From: Rikenellaceae bacterium
GTDB lineage: Bacteria > Bacteroidota > Bacteroidia > Bacteroidales > Rikenellaceae
DNA length: 64,000 nucleotides
Reading direction: 5' to 3'
Assembly: GCA_031549495.1 (NCBI GenBank)
Contig: JAVBPS010000041.1
Coordinates: 9,121-73,120 of the forward strand
Shown: in pieces, positions 1 to 9,000 of the stretch
Layout: every line of letters starts with the position of its first letter
How positions within the stretch are numbered: the stretch's first letter is position 1
Notes under the pieces: generated by a model
Seen by the model: the letters and a program-made list of their open reading frames with translations, nothing else
Told to the model about the DNA's origin: nothing
The model's database searches: none
Position numbers and translations under genes: made by a program

Positions 1-1314
1 ACGGATCACCTTCCAGTCGTCGAACACCACGCTCTGGCGCGGCCAGAACGTGACGGGCGGGCGGTTGCCCTCGCCCATCGAGGGGTGCTCGCTGAATTCC
101 CAGTAGAGGTACTCGTGTTGTCCCTGTTCGCCCTTGCCCGTCAGCGTGGGGGCGAACGAGATGCCGTCCGTCTGCGCGGGGACCGGAGCCCCGGCCAGTT
201 CACATACGGTGGGCATCACGTCCCAGAACGCCGAAAGATGCTCCGAGCGCGAACCCGCGGGGATGGTGCCCGTCCAGCGGGCGATCATCGGGGTGTGCAC
301 GCCGCCTTCGATCAGGTCGCGCTTGTAGCCGTTGAACGGGCCGTTGGATTTGAAGAAGCGGTAGTCGTGGCCGCCCTCGTAGTGGGCGCCGTTGTCGCTG
401 GTGAAGATGATCAGCGTGCGCTCCGAGAGTCCCGCCCGCTCCACCCCGGCGGCGATCAGGCCCACGTAGCTGTCCAACGCCTGTATCATCGAGGCGAAGG
501 CCTGTTCCTCTTTGGGCCAGGTCTGCCAGAGGTAGGCCGTGGGCGGGGTCTGGTCGTGGAATTCCATCGGCGAATGGGGCAGGCAATAGGCCACGTAGAG
601 GAAGAACGGTTTATCCTTATGCCCGTCGATGAACCGGAGCGCCTTTTCGGTGACGATCTTATCCATGTTGATCGGGCGTTCTGCCATTTCCTGCTTATTT
701 AAATTATAGAGCTTGCCGTTCTCGTAGACGGGTTCGACGCCGTATTTCGAATACTGCGCGTAAGGGATATGGGTGCCGTCCCTGCGCCAGAGCGTGTCGA
801 CCATCACCCCGAAGCGGTTGCCGTAGTTGGAGGCCAGTTTGCCGAAATGGTAGTCGAAGCCGCGGCGGTAAGGGGTCTGGTCGGGAGACCGTTCCTCGCC
901 CAGGTGCCAGCGGCCGCACATGCCGGTCACATAATCCGTATTGACCTTGATCGCCTCGGGGACGGTCTGTACGCTGTTGTCGATCGGCATGGGGCCTACG
1001 TTCGGAATGCCCTTGTTGCCGCGCAGGATGGCGTGGCCCAGGTGCTGGCCGGTCATCAGGCTGCCGCGCGAGGCCGAGGAGACGGGGCCCCCGGCGTAAT
1101 GGTGCGTGAACATCATGCCCTCGCGCGCCAGGCGGTCGATGTTGGGGGTCTTGATCACTTTCTGCCCGAAGATGCCCAGGTCGCCGTAGCCCAGGTCGTC
1201 GGCCAGGATGTAGATGATGTTGGGTTTGGGCGCTTGTTGTTTCTGGGCGGCCATGCCGGTGGCGGGCAGGGCGGCGGCGCAGCAAAGGGTATTCAGCAGG
1301 GCGGTAGTTTTCAT
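1..1314 (-). CDS. Sulfatase (formylglycine-dependent, Ser-type signature); first 438 codons, C-terminus lies beyond the left edge
   Basis: Own translation of the minus strand from ATG 1314..1312: MKTTALLNTLCCAAALPATGMAAQKQQAPKPNIIYILADDLGYGDLGIFGQKVIKTPNIDRLAREGMMFTHHYAGGPVSSASRGSLMTGQH... The frame stays open to nt 1, so it is absent from the ORF track. It has a signal peptide, a DDLGYGD metal-site motif and the signature S-S-A-S-R-x-x-L-M-T-G (nt 1080..1066). Confidence 0.9.
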   Translation of the reverse strand, partial: MKTTALLNTLCCAAALPATGMAAQKQQAPKPNIIYILADDLGYGDLGIFGQKVIKTPNIDRLAREGMMFTHHYAGGPVSSASRGSLMTGQHLGHAILRGNKGIPNVGPMPIDNSVQTVPEAIKVNTDYVTGMCGRWHLGEERSPDQTPYRRGFDYHFGKLASNYGNRFGVMVDTLWRRDGTHIPYAQYSKYGVEPVYENGKLYNLNKQEMAERPINMDKIVTEKALRFIDGHKDKPFFLYVAYCLPHSPMEFHDQTPPTAYLWQTWPKEEQAFASMIQALDSYVGLIAAGVERAGLSERTLIIFTSDNGAHYEGGHDYRFFKSNGPFNGYKRDLIEGGVHTPMIARWTGTIPAGSRSEHLSAFWDVMPTVCELAGAPVPAQTDGISFAPTLTGKGEQGQHEYLYWEFSEHPSMGEGNRPPVTFWPRQSVVFDDWKVIR

Positions 1315-1366
1315 ACGTATTCGGGTTATTCGGATTCGACGGCCGGTATGCGGTCCGTATCGTTTC

Positions 1367-1478
1367 CAAAAGTAGGCAATATCCCGCAGACGCCCTTGCC
1401 CGTCGATCCCGTTTTTTTGTCCGAACAGGCCATTACGGCAAACGACCCGCCGCCCGGGCAGCGGGAAGACGTTGCCCG
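1367..1478 (-). promoter_or_regulatory. Sulfatase promoter/operator module: three CGGRCAA boxes, GCGGGATAT, and -7 box TACTTTTG
   Basis: Read on the minus strand: CGGGCAA (1478..1472), ATGGCCTGTTCGGACAA (1433..1417), CGGGCAA (1402..1396), GCGGGATAT (1387..1379), TACTTTTG (1374..1367, a perfect TAnnTTTG). The layout and spacing to the ATG are identical to the susC upstream module at 5931..6042. Confidence 0.6.
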
Positions 1479-1613
1479 TAAGCGCCTTTTTATTGCTTTG
1501 GCGGGCCGGACGGCAGGGTGTATACTGAAAACAGCAGGTTATCGTTATATTTGAAGAATATAGGATGCGCCCCGGCAATTTTCAAGCAAGCTTGAATTGC
1601 ACTCGGCTTTCAC

Positions 1614-1621
1614 TATATTTG
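1614..1621 (+). promoter_or_regulatory. Candidate Bacteroidota -7 promoter box (TATATTTG) for the HTCS gene; a second identical box lies at 1546..1553
   Basis: Perfect TAnnTTTG matches 18 nt and 86 nt upstream of the ATG at 1639. Motif match only. Confidence 0.4.
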
Positions 1622-1638
1622 TACGACTGCAACTTCCA

Positions 1639-4600
1639 ATGCGCATGAATTTTTTCCGATCCACACTGCTATACGCCGCGTGGTTGTGGTGCCTGCCCGC
1701 CGCGGCGGCGCAACTGCCCGGCACGGGGCCGGACTACAAGGTCCGGGTGATCTCCGTGAACGACGGCCTGCCGCAGCAGGCGGTCAACTCGGTCATGCAG
1801 GACCGCCACGGCTTCCTCTGGCTGGGTACCTACGACGGGCTTTGCCGCTACGACGGCTACGGCTTCCGCACCTGGCGCCATATCCCCAGCCAGGAAAATT
1901 CACTGGGCAACAACCGCATCCTGGCCACCTGCGAGGATTCGCGCGGCAATATCTGGATCGGCACCGAGGGCGCCGAGGCCCTGAACCTGTACGATTACGA
2001 CACGGATCGCTTCATCCATCCCCGCCAGGGGCCCTGGCGCGAGGTGCGCACGATCTGCGAGGACGCCGCGGGCAAACTCTGGATCGGTACCTCGACCGGG
2101 CTTTTCATCGCCGAAGGGTGTCCGAAAGACTCCATGGAGGCCCGTTTCGCGCCCCGTTACACGCGGATCGACACGCTGCGCGAGGGACCCATCCATAAGA
2201 TCGTGCGCGACGCGGAAGGGAATATGTGGGTGCTGGGCGGCGGCGGGATCGTCTGCGCCGACCCCTCGGAGCGTGTGATCGGCCATTACAACGGCGGCGT
2301 GGCGGCGGCGCGGACGATCTGCTGCGATTCGCGCTCGGCCATCCTGGCCGTCTGCCCGGGCGAGGTCTGGGTCCGCGAACGGGGGCAGTCCGGTTTCCGC
2401 CGGATGTTCGCCGGGGGCAGTTCGCTGCAAAGCATCGCCGAGCTTCCCGATTCAACCTACCTGATCGGCACCGAGAGCGAACGGGTGTTCGTGCTTGCCC
2501 GCACACCCGGCGGGGAATTCCGGGCGAGCTATCCGGATTTCAGCCGCAATCCCTTCTTCGACCGGAATATCGTCAAGACGATGCTCATGGACCGTGCCGG
2601 ATGCCTGTGGATCGGTTCGGGCCACAACGGGCTGGCGATGGTCGATATGAACCCGAAGCGTTTCAACCGCCTCGAACTCTCCTCCGCGGGCGGGCATTAT
2701 TTCGCCCGCTCGGTGCTGATGGACTCGCGCCACCGGCTCTGGATCGGGGTCAAGCTGGGGGGGCTCTACCGGACCGAAGGGGGCGTGTGCCGCAAACTGG
2801 CGGTGGACGAGCGGCAGAGTTTCAACGCCATCCTCGAGGACCGCGGCGGCAACGTCTGGGTCTGCACCAACCGCAACGTCTACATCGACCGGGGGGGCGC
2901 ATTGGTCAATCTGCGCGACGTGCCCGGCGTGCCGAAGGACGTCTACCGCCAGATCGTCAACGCCAACTGCATCGCCGAGGACCCGCGCGGCGACATCTGG
3001 ATCGGCGGGCCGGGCAAAATGCTGCGCCTGCGCGGGATCTTCACCCGCGACTTCTCCTACCGTTATTATACGGACGACTTCACGGCGGACCTCTACTGCA
3101 TCCGGACCGACCCGGCTTCGGGACGCATGTGGTGCGGATCGCGCTCGCGGGGGCTGTGGATCGTCAGTTTCGACGCCGCCACGGAGGTGGCCTCCGTCGC
3201 GCACATCGGCTACGGCCGCGGCTCCCTGAAGAGCGACCACATCTGGTGCCTGGAACCGGACAGCGGCGGGGCGATGTGGGTGGGCACCGACTCGGGCCTG
3301 AACAAGGTCGTGATCGGGCAAAAAGACACCACCATCGTCAACCTGGACGCCTCGCCCAAGCTGGAACACAGCAAGATCATGGCCATCACGCGCGACGCGG
3401 CCGGCGACCTGTGGCTCAACACCGGCCAGGGGCTGGTCCACTACTCGCCCGGCGGGAACCGCTACCGCGAATACTTCTATTCGGACGGCCTGTACAGCAA
3501 CACCATGACCGAGGCGGCCTTCCTCGACCCCCACGGGATCATCTACGCGGGCACCATCGACGGGCTGAACTGGTTCGACCCGCGCCAGATCGCCGACGAC
3601 CCTTACACCATCCCCCCGCAGATCGTCAGCCTGAAGACCGGCAACCGCGAGATCACCGCCTCCACGCCGGGGCAGAAGATCCTTCAGGGCAATATCATGG
3701 ACGCCCGCCGCATCGTGATCCACCACCACGACGACAACTTCACGCTCGGTTTCCTGAGCCCCTACTACCGGAACCAGGAGCTCACGCGTTACGCCTACCG
3801 CATGGAGGGGATCGATCGCCAGTGGATCGAGACGGACGCGGGCCAGCGCGAGGCGACCTACAACCGCCTGCCCGCGGGGCACTACACCTTCCGGGTGCGC
3901 TCGGCCAACCCGGACGGCATCTGGAGCACGGAGGAACGCACGCTGGAGGTGGTCGTCAAGCCCGCGCCGTGGAACACCTGGTGGGCCTACACGCTTTATG
4001 TGCTGGCGGTGCTGGCCATCGTCTTCACCCTCCTGCGCTACTACTACCTGCAATACAAATTCAAGCGCGACGCCCAGATGGAACACGTGCAGCGCGAGCA
4101 CGAGCGCATCCTGAACGACGTGAAACTGAAATTCCACACCAATATCTCCCACGAGATCCGCACCTCGCTCACCCTCATCTCCGCTCCCGTGGACGAGATG
4201 ATCGCCACCGGCAGGCAGACGGGCGACGACGGGGCGCGGCTGGGGATCATTAAGCGCAACGTGGACCACCTGAGCGACCTGGTGCACCAACTGCTCGACA
4301 TGCGCCGCATCGACAAGGAGGCCCTGCCGCTACAGTTGCAATGGATCGACCCGGCAGGCATCGTGGCCGACGTTTACTCGCGTTACCGCAGCGCGGCGGC
4401 CCAGAAACGGATCAATTTCACCTTCACATGCGAGGGGGCCGCCCGGGGATGGTTCGACGCGGACAAGATCATCAAGATCACCAGCAACCTGCTCTCGAAC
4501 GCCCTGAAATTCACTCCCGAGGGCGGTTACGTGTCGCTGACCGTCGACCGCATGGGCGACTGGCTGGAGATCTCGGTCGAGGACTCGGGGGCGGGCATCC

Positions 4601-5607
4601 CGCGTCCGGAGCTGGACCGCATCTTCGACCGTTATTTCCAGGGGGCCAGCCGCAGCAACACGGGAGTGGGGATCGGCCTTTCGCTGGTCCACCGGCTGGT
4701 GGAGCTGCACCGGGGACGCATCTCGGTGAGCAGCGACGAGGGCCGCGGCTCGACCTTCAGCGTCTCGCTCCCCTGCTCGGAAGAGGCCTATGAAGGGTGC
4801 GAAATGGTGCGCCGTGAGCCGGAAACGGAGGGCCGTGCGCCCGAAGAGGCCGTCACCCTGCCGCAAAGCAAACCCGTGGTGATGGTCGTCGAGGACAATC
4901 CCGACATGCTCGAATACCTCACCCTGGGGTTGCAGGAGCATTACACGCTCATCACCGACAGCGAGGTGGGGCCGGCCCTGGACAAGGCGCTCAAGTACAT
5001 CCCCGACCTGGTGCTGCTGGACGTGATGCTGCCCGGGGGCAGCGGGCTGGAGCTGTGCGAGGCGATCAAGGGCAACCTGATGACCGAGCACATTCCCGTG
5101 GTGATCCTCTCGGCCAAAGGCGACGAGCAGGACATCGCCCTGGGGTACGGCAAGGGCGCGGAGGATTACCTGACCAAGCCCTTCTCGAAAGAGTTGCTGC
5201 TGATGAAGATCGCCAACATCATCAAATACCGCCGCCGCCCGGACGGGGAAATCCGCGCTGCGGCCGGGGAGGAGCAACCCGCGGACACACGCAGCGAGTT
5301 CCTGCAGCGCATCGAGGGGATCATTGCGCAGCACTACCATCGTTCGGAGTTCTGCATCAACGATATTTGTTCCGAACTGGGCACCAGCCGCACCCAGCTC
5401 TTCCGCAAACTGCGCGCGATCACCGACAAGACCGTCTCCGACCTGCTGCGCGATCGCCGCATGGAGCGGGCCCGGGAACTGCTGCGGGACGGACGGTACA
5501 ACGTTTCGGAGGTGATGTACCTGGTGGGCATCAACAGCCCCTCCTACTTCTCCCGCACCTTCCGCGAGTACTACGGCATCTCCCCCTCCGAACATAAACG
5601 CTCGTAA
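1639..5607 (+). CDS. Hybrid two-component system sensor histidine kinase/response regulator with AraC-type HTH (HTCS)
   Basis: ORF 1597..5607; the first ATG with a signal/TM-like start (MRMNFFRSTLLYAAWLWCLPAAAAQ) is at 1639. Periplasmic propeller-type repeats (WLGTYDGLCRYDG, IWIGTEGA, LWIGTSTGL...), a TM segment, H-box FHTNISHEIRTSL, an ATPase G-boxes region (GVGIGLSLV), a receiver (VMVVEDNPDM...DLVLLDVMLPG) and a C-terminal AraC HTH (SPSYFSRTFREYYGISPSE). Confidence 0.95.
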   Translation: MRMNFFRSTLLYAAWLWCLPAAAAQLPGTGPDYKVRVISVNDGLPQQAVNSVMQDRHGFLWLGTYDGLCRYDGYGFRTWRHIPSQENSLGNNRILATCEDSRGNIWIGTEGAEALNLYDYDTDRFIHPRQGPWREVRTICEDAAGKLWIGTSTGLFIAEGCPKDSMEARFAPRYTRIDTLREGPIHKIVRDAEGNMWVLGGGGIVCADPSERVIGHYNGGVAAARTICCDSRSAILAVCPGEVWVRERGQSGFRRMFAGGSSLQSIAELPDSTYLIGTESERVFVLARTPGGEFRASYPDFSRNPFFDRNIVKTMLMDRAGCLWIGSGHNGLAMVDMNPKRFNRLELSSAGGHYFARSVLMDSRHRLWIGVKLGGLYRTEGGVCRKLAVDERQSFNAILEDRGGNVWVCTNRNVYIDRGGALVNLRDVPGVPKDVYRQIVNANCIAEDPRGDIWIGGPGKMLRLRGIFTRDFSYRYYTDDFTADLYCIRTDPASGRMWCGSRSRGLWIVSFDAATEVASVAHIGYGRGSLKSDHIWCLEPDSGGAMWVGTDSGLNKVVIGQKDTTIVNLDASPKLEHSKIMAITRDAAGDLWLNTGQGLVHYSPGGNRYREYFYSDGLYSNTMTEAAFLDPHGIIYAGTIDGLNWFDPRQIADDPYTIPPQIVSLKTGNREITASTPGQKILQGNIMDARRIVIHHHDDNFTLGFLSPYYRNQELTRYAYRMEGIDRQWIETDAGQREATYNRLPAGHYTFRVRSANPDGIWSTEERTLEVVVKPAPWNTWWAYTLYVLAVLAIVFTLLRYYYLQYKFKRDAQMEHVQREHERILNDVKLKFHTNISHEIRTSLTLISAPVDEMIATGRQTGDDGARLGIIKRNVDHLSDLVHQLLDMRRIDKEALPLQLQWIDPAGIVADVYSRYRSAAAQKRINFTFTCEGAARGWFDADKIIKITSNLLSNALKFTPEGGYVSLTVDRMGDWLEISVEDSGAGIPRPELDRIFDRYFQGASRSNTGVGIGLSLVHRLVELHRGRISVSSDEGRGSTFSVSLPCSEEAYEGCEMVRREPETEGRAPEEAVTLPQSKPVVMVVEDNPDMLEYLTLGLQEHYTLITDSEVGPALDKALKYIPDLVLLDVMLPGGSGLELCEAIKGNLMTEHIPVVILSAKGDEQDIALGYGKGAEDYLTKPFSKELLLMKIANIIKYRRRPDGEIRAAAGEEQPADTRSEFLQRIEGIIAQHYHRSEFCINDICSELGTSRTQLFRKLRAITDKTVSDLLRDRRMERARELLRDGRYNVSEVMYLVGINSPSYFSRTFREYYGISPSEHKRS

Positions 5608-5625
5608 GGTGGTCTGTGCTGCGAA

Positions 5626-5748
5626 GGCTGCGCATATAGCGCGCCGCTTTTCATCGATCCTTTCGGTTTTGATGCTCGACGTACATAAAGTACGCCTGCG
5701 CTCAAACCTCGAAACGATCGATGAAAATCGACGCACTCTATGCACAGC
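5626..5748. repeat. Long imperfect palindrome (34-nt arms, 28/34 complementary, 56-nt spacer) just after the HTCS stop
   Basis: Left arm 5626..5659 is the reverse complement of GATCGATGAAAAGCGGCGCGCTATATGCGCAGCC. Right arm 5716..5748 is GATCGATGAAAATCGACGCACTCTATGCACAGC. The inner 12 bp (TTTTCATCGATC/GATCGATGAAAA) are perfect. Confidence 0.7.
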
Positions 5749-5831
5749 GAAAGTTCGGACGGTGGTTTTGCTAATACTTGGGGTGCGCTTCCTTCGGTGA
5801 TCTGGCTCTTTAGACTACCTTTTTATTGCTT

Positions 5832-5915
5832 GTCATTCAGAGCGAAGCGAAGAATCTTGGTCGGAATGGTTCTGTACACAGCCTGACCAGGATTCTTCGC
5901 TTCGCTCTGAATGAC
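5832..5915. repeat. Palindromic intergenic repeat, family copy 1 (31-bp stem with 1 mismatch, 22-nt loop)
   Basis: GTCATTCAGAGCGAAGCGAAGAATCTTGGTC (5832..5862) pairs with GACCAGGATTCTTCGCTTCGCTCTGAATGAC (5885..5915). It shares the core GTCATTC..GAAG(C/T)GAAGAATCT and the loop GGAA..GTTCT.TACACAGCCT with the copy at 20533..20617. Confidence 0.85.
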
Positions 5916-5930
5916 AAATATTCCCCGGGC

Positions 5931-6042
5931 CGGGCAACACCGATCAAATCCCTGTGAAATAACGCTCCGGGGCCGATGGCCCGTTCGGGCAACTTTTCGG
6001 CCTTATCGGGCAATGCCGCCCGGCGGGATATGCTTATACTTG
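5931..6042 (+). promoter_or_regulatory. susC promoter/operator module: three CGGGCAA boxes, GCGGGATAT, and -7-like box TATACTTG
   Basis: CGGGCAA (5931..5937), ATGGCCCGTTCGGGCAA (5976..5992), CGGGCAA (6007..6013), GCGGGATAT (6023..6031), TATACTTG (6035..6042, one mismatch to TAnnTTTG). The box ends 52 nt before ATG 6095, exactly as in the sulfatase module. Confidence 0.6.
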
Positions 6043-6094
6043 CAATGGCCGCGAACCTCGGCCAGCTACTGACAAAGAACCAAAACTATCTGAT

Positions 6095-9000
6095 ATGAAG
6101 AATCTTTCCCTTTTTCTAACGCTTCTGTGTGTGCTCCTTCTGAGCAGCGGCGCGCATGCGCAGCAGATTCGCGGCAGCGTGAAATCGGCCGCCTCGGGCG
6201 AACCCCTGGCCGGCGCCATCGTCATGGCCGAGGGTACCAGGGCCGGAGCGACCACCAATTCGAAAGGCGAATTCACCCTGACGGTGGCCTCGCTGCCGGT
6301 GCGGCTCGAAGTCTCCTTCGTGGGCATGGAATCCAGAACGGTGAACGTCACCTCGGCCGAACGGCCTGTACAGGTGCTGCTCGACGAGACGGCCGAGGCG
6401 CTGGACGAACTGGTGGTCATCGGCTACGCCGTGGTGCGCAAAAGCGACCTGACGGGCTCCGTGGGCCAGATGAAAGCCTCCCAGATCAACGACTCGCGCA
6501 TGATCTCCATCGAACAGGCGATGGCCGGCCACCTGGCCGGGGTGAACATCGTCAACACCAGCGGCGAGCCCGGCGCGGGGATCAGCATCAACATCCGCGG
6601 CGTGGGCTCGATCAACTCCGACACCGAGCCCCTCTACGTGATCGACGGGATGCCCTATATCAAGGACGCGGGCACCGAGGTGGGCAACATCTCCGGTCTG
6701 AACTCGGCAACCATCAACCCCATGTCGTCGCTCAACCCGCAGGACATCCAGTCCATCGAGGTGCTCAAGGACGCTTCCGCGACCGCGATCTACGGCTCGC
6801 GCGGGGCGAACGGCGTGGTGCTCGTGACCACCAAGTCGGGCTCGGCGGGCAAACCGCGCGTGAGCATCTCAGCCTTCGTGGGCGTGAGTGAGGTCTCCAA
6901 GAAGATCGACATGCTCGACGCGAACACCTTCATCGACTACATGGCCTACGACCGCAAGACGGAGCAGTACATCACCAAAGGCGACTCGCTGCGCAACCTG
7001 GCCCCGCACTACAACTGGCAGGACTACCTGTTCAAGCGCGCCGTCAAGCAGGAGTACAGCGTCGGGGTGAACGGCGGCAACAACCAGGGCACCGCCTATT
7101 CGATCAGCGTCAACTACGTGGATCAGAACGGCCTGGTCAAGAATTCGGATTACACGCGCTACGGCGCCCGCGCCCGCGTCGACCAGAAGATCGGCAGCAA
7201 AGCGCGCGCGGGGGTGAACCTGAACTACGCCGAGTTCACCCAGGTCGGGGTCTCGTCAGGCGGCTCGAAGGACACCGGCTCGGACGTCTTCCAGCAGGCG
7301 CTCTCGTACCGTCCGGTGAACGTGCGTTTCAACGCCTCGGACCTCGACGAAAGCGGCGAACTGAGCGGGGACTACAACTCCCAGACCAACCCCTTCGACT
7401 ACCTGAGCAACGCGCTCAACAAGACCAACAACACCCGCACCACGGCCATCGCCTACGTGCAGTATGAATTCCTCAAGGGGCTGTTGTTCAAATCGTCGTT
7501 CAACTACAACACCACCATGACCAACAAGCTCGGCTTCTACCCGCCGAGCATCGCCGCGGGCGCAGCCAACGGCGGGCGCGGGATCAACGCCTACGCGCGC
7601 CGCTACAACTGGGCGTGGGAGAACATCGCCACCTACAAGACCACCTTCTGCAAGAAGCATAACTTCGACGCGCTGGCCGGTTACACGATGGAGCAGCAGT
7701 ACGCCCGCGACTACTCCCAGGAGTCGCAGAACTACCCCGAGGCCTACAACAAACTCACGGGCGTGAACACCGGCCTGGGCCTGACGGTCCTCGCCCCGGT
7801 GGTCTCCGAGTGGTCGAGCGCCATGGTCTCCTACTTCGCCCGCGTGAATTACAACTACGCCAGCCGTTATTACTTCACGGCGAGCATCCGCGCAGACGGA
7901 TCGAGCAAGTTCCCGAAGGGGGAGAAATTCGGTTACTTCCCCTCGGCCGCCGTGGCATGGAAGGCCTCCGAAGAGCCCTTCATGAAAAACAGCAAGGTAT
8001 TCAGCGACTTCAAACTGCGCGCCAGCTGGGGCCTGACGGGCAACCAGAGCATCCCGGCGTACAGCAGCCTCTCGCGCTACCAGTCGGTCTACTACTCGAC
8101 CAACACCACCGGCGGGCTGAGCCCCACGCCCCGGCAGTGGGCGGGCCTGGCCGTCAGCTCGATCGCCAACCCCGACCTGACTTGGGAGACCACCAAGCAG
8201 TTCGACGCCGGGATCGACATCTCGTTCCTGCGCCACCGCCTCTCGGCCACAGTAGACTACTACTATAAGAAGACCTACGACATGCTCCTCAACAAGCCGC
8301 TGCTCTATTCGACCGGTTACAGCCGCATGATGTACAACTCGGGCAGCCTGCGCAACTGCGGTTGGGAGGTGACGGTACAGAGCCAGAACATCACACGCAA
8401 GAAATTCTCCTGGACCACCAACCTGAACATCACCTTCAACCGCAACAAGGTACTCGACCTGGGCGAGAACGCCTACCTGCCGTTCAACGCCAGCAACACC
8501 TACGACGAGGCGTTCGTGCTCGTCCCGGGGCAGGCGGTGGGCACGATGTACGGCCTGGTCTACGACGGGGTCTACAAGTTCAGCGATTACAAGAACTTCT
8601 ACATCGACAACGATCCTTCGAAATACATGCGTCCCAAAGACGAATGGACGGCCATCTACAACGACCTGGTGGCCCACCCCACCAAAGCGCAGTTGGTGGA
8701 CGGCGTTCCCCTCTACGCGGGCAGCACGCCCCTGCCGGGCAACGCCAAGTTCCGCGACCTGACGGGCGAAGGCGACATCAACGCCCTGGACCGCGCCTAC
8801 ATCGGCAGCAGCGCCCCGAAATTCTTCGGCGGTATCTCCAACCGGTTCACCCTGAAAGATTTCGACCTGAACGTCTTCTTCCAGTTCTCCTACGGCAACG
8901 ACCTGTTCGTCTCCAACTATCAGGCGCTGGACGGCTACGGCACGCGCAACGTGCTGCAATGGATCTACGACGAGTCGTGGAAACCCACCCCCGAGCGGCA

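Noticed and set aside
5609-5800. A 63-aa ORF immediately after the HTCS gene.
   Set aside because: It reads straight through both arms of the 5626..5748 palindrome, so it is an artefact of the repeat.
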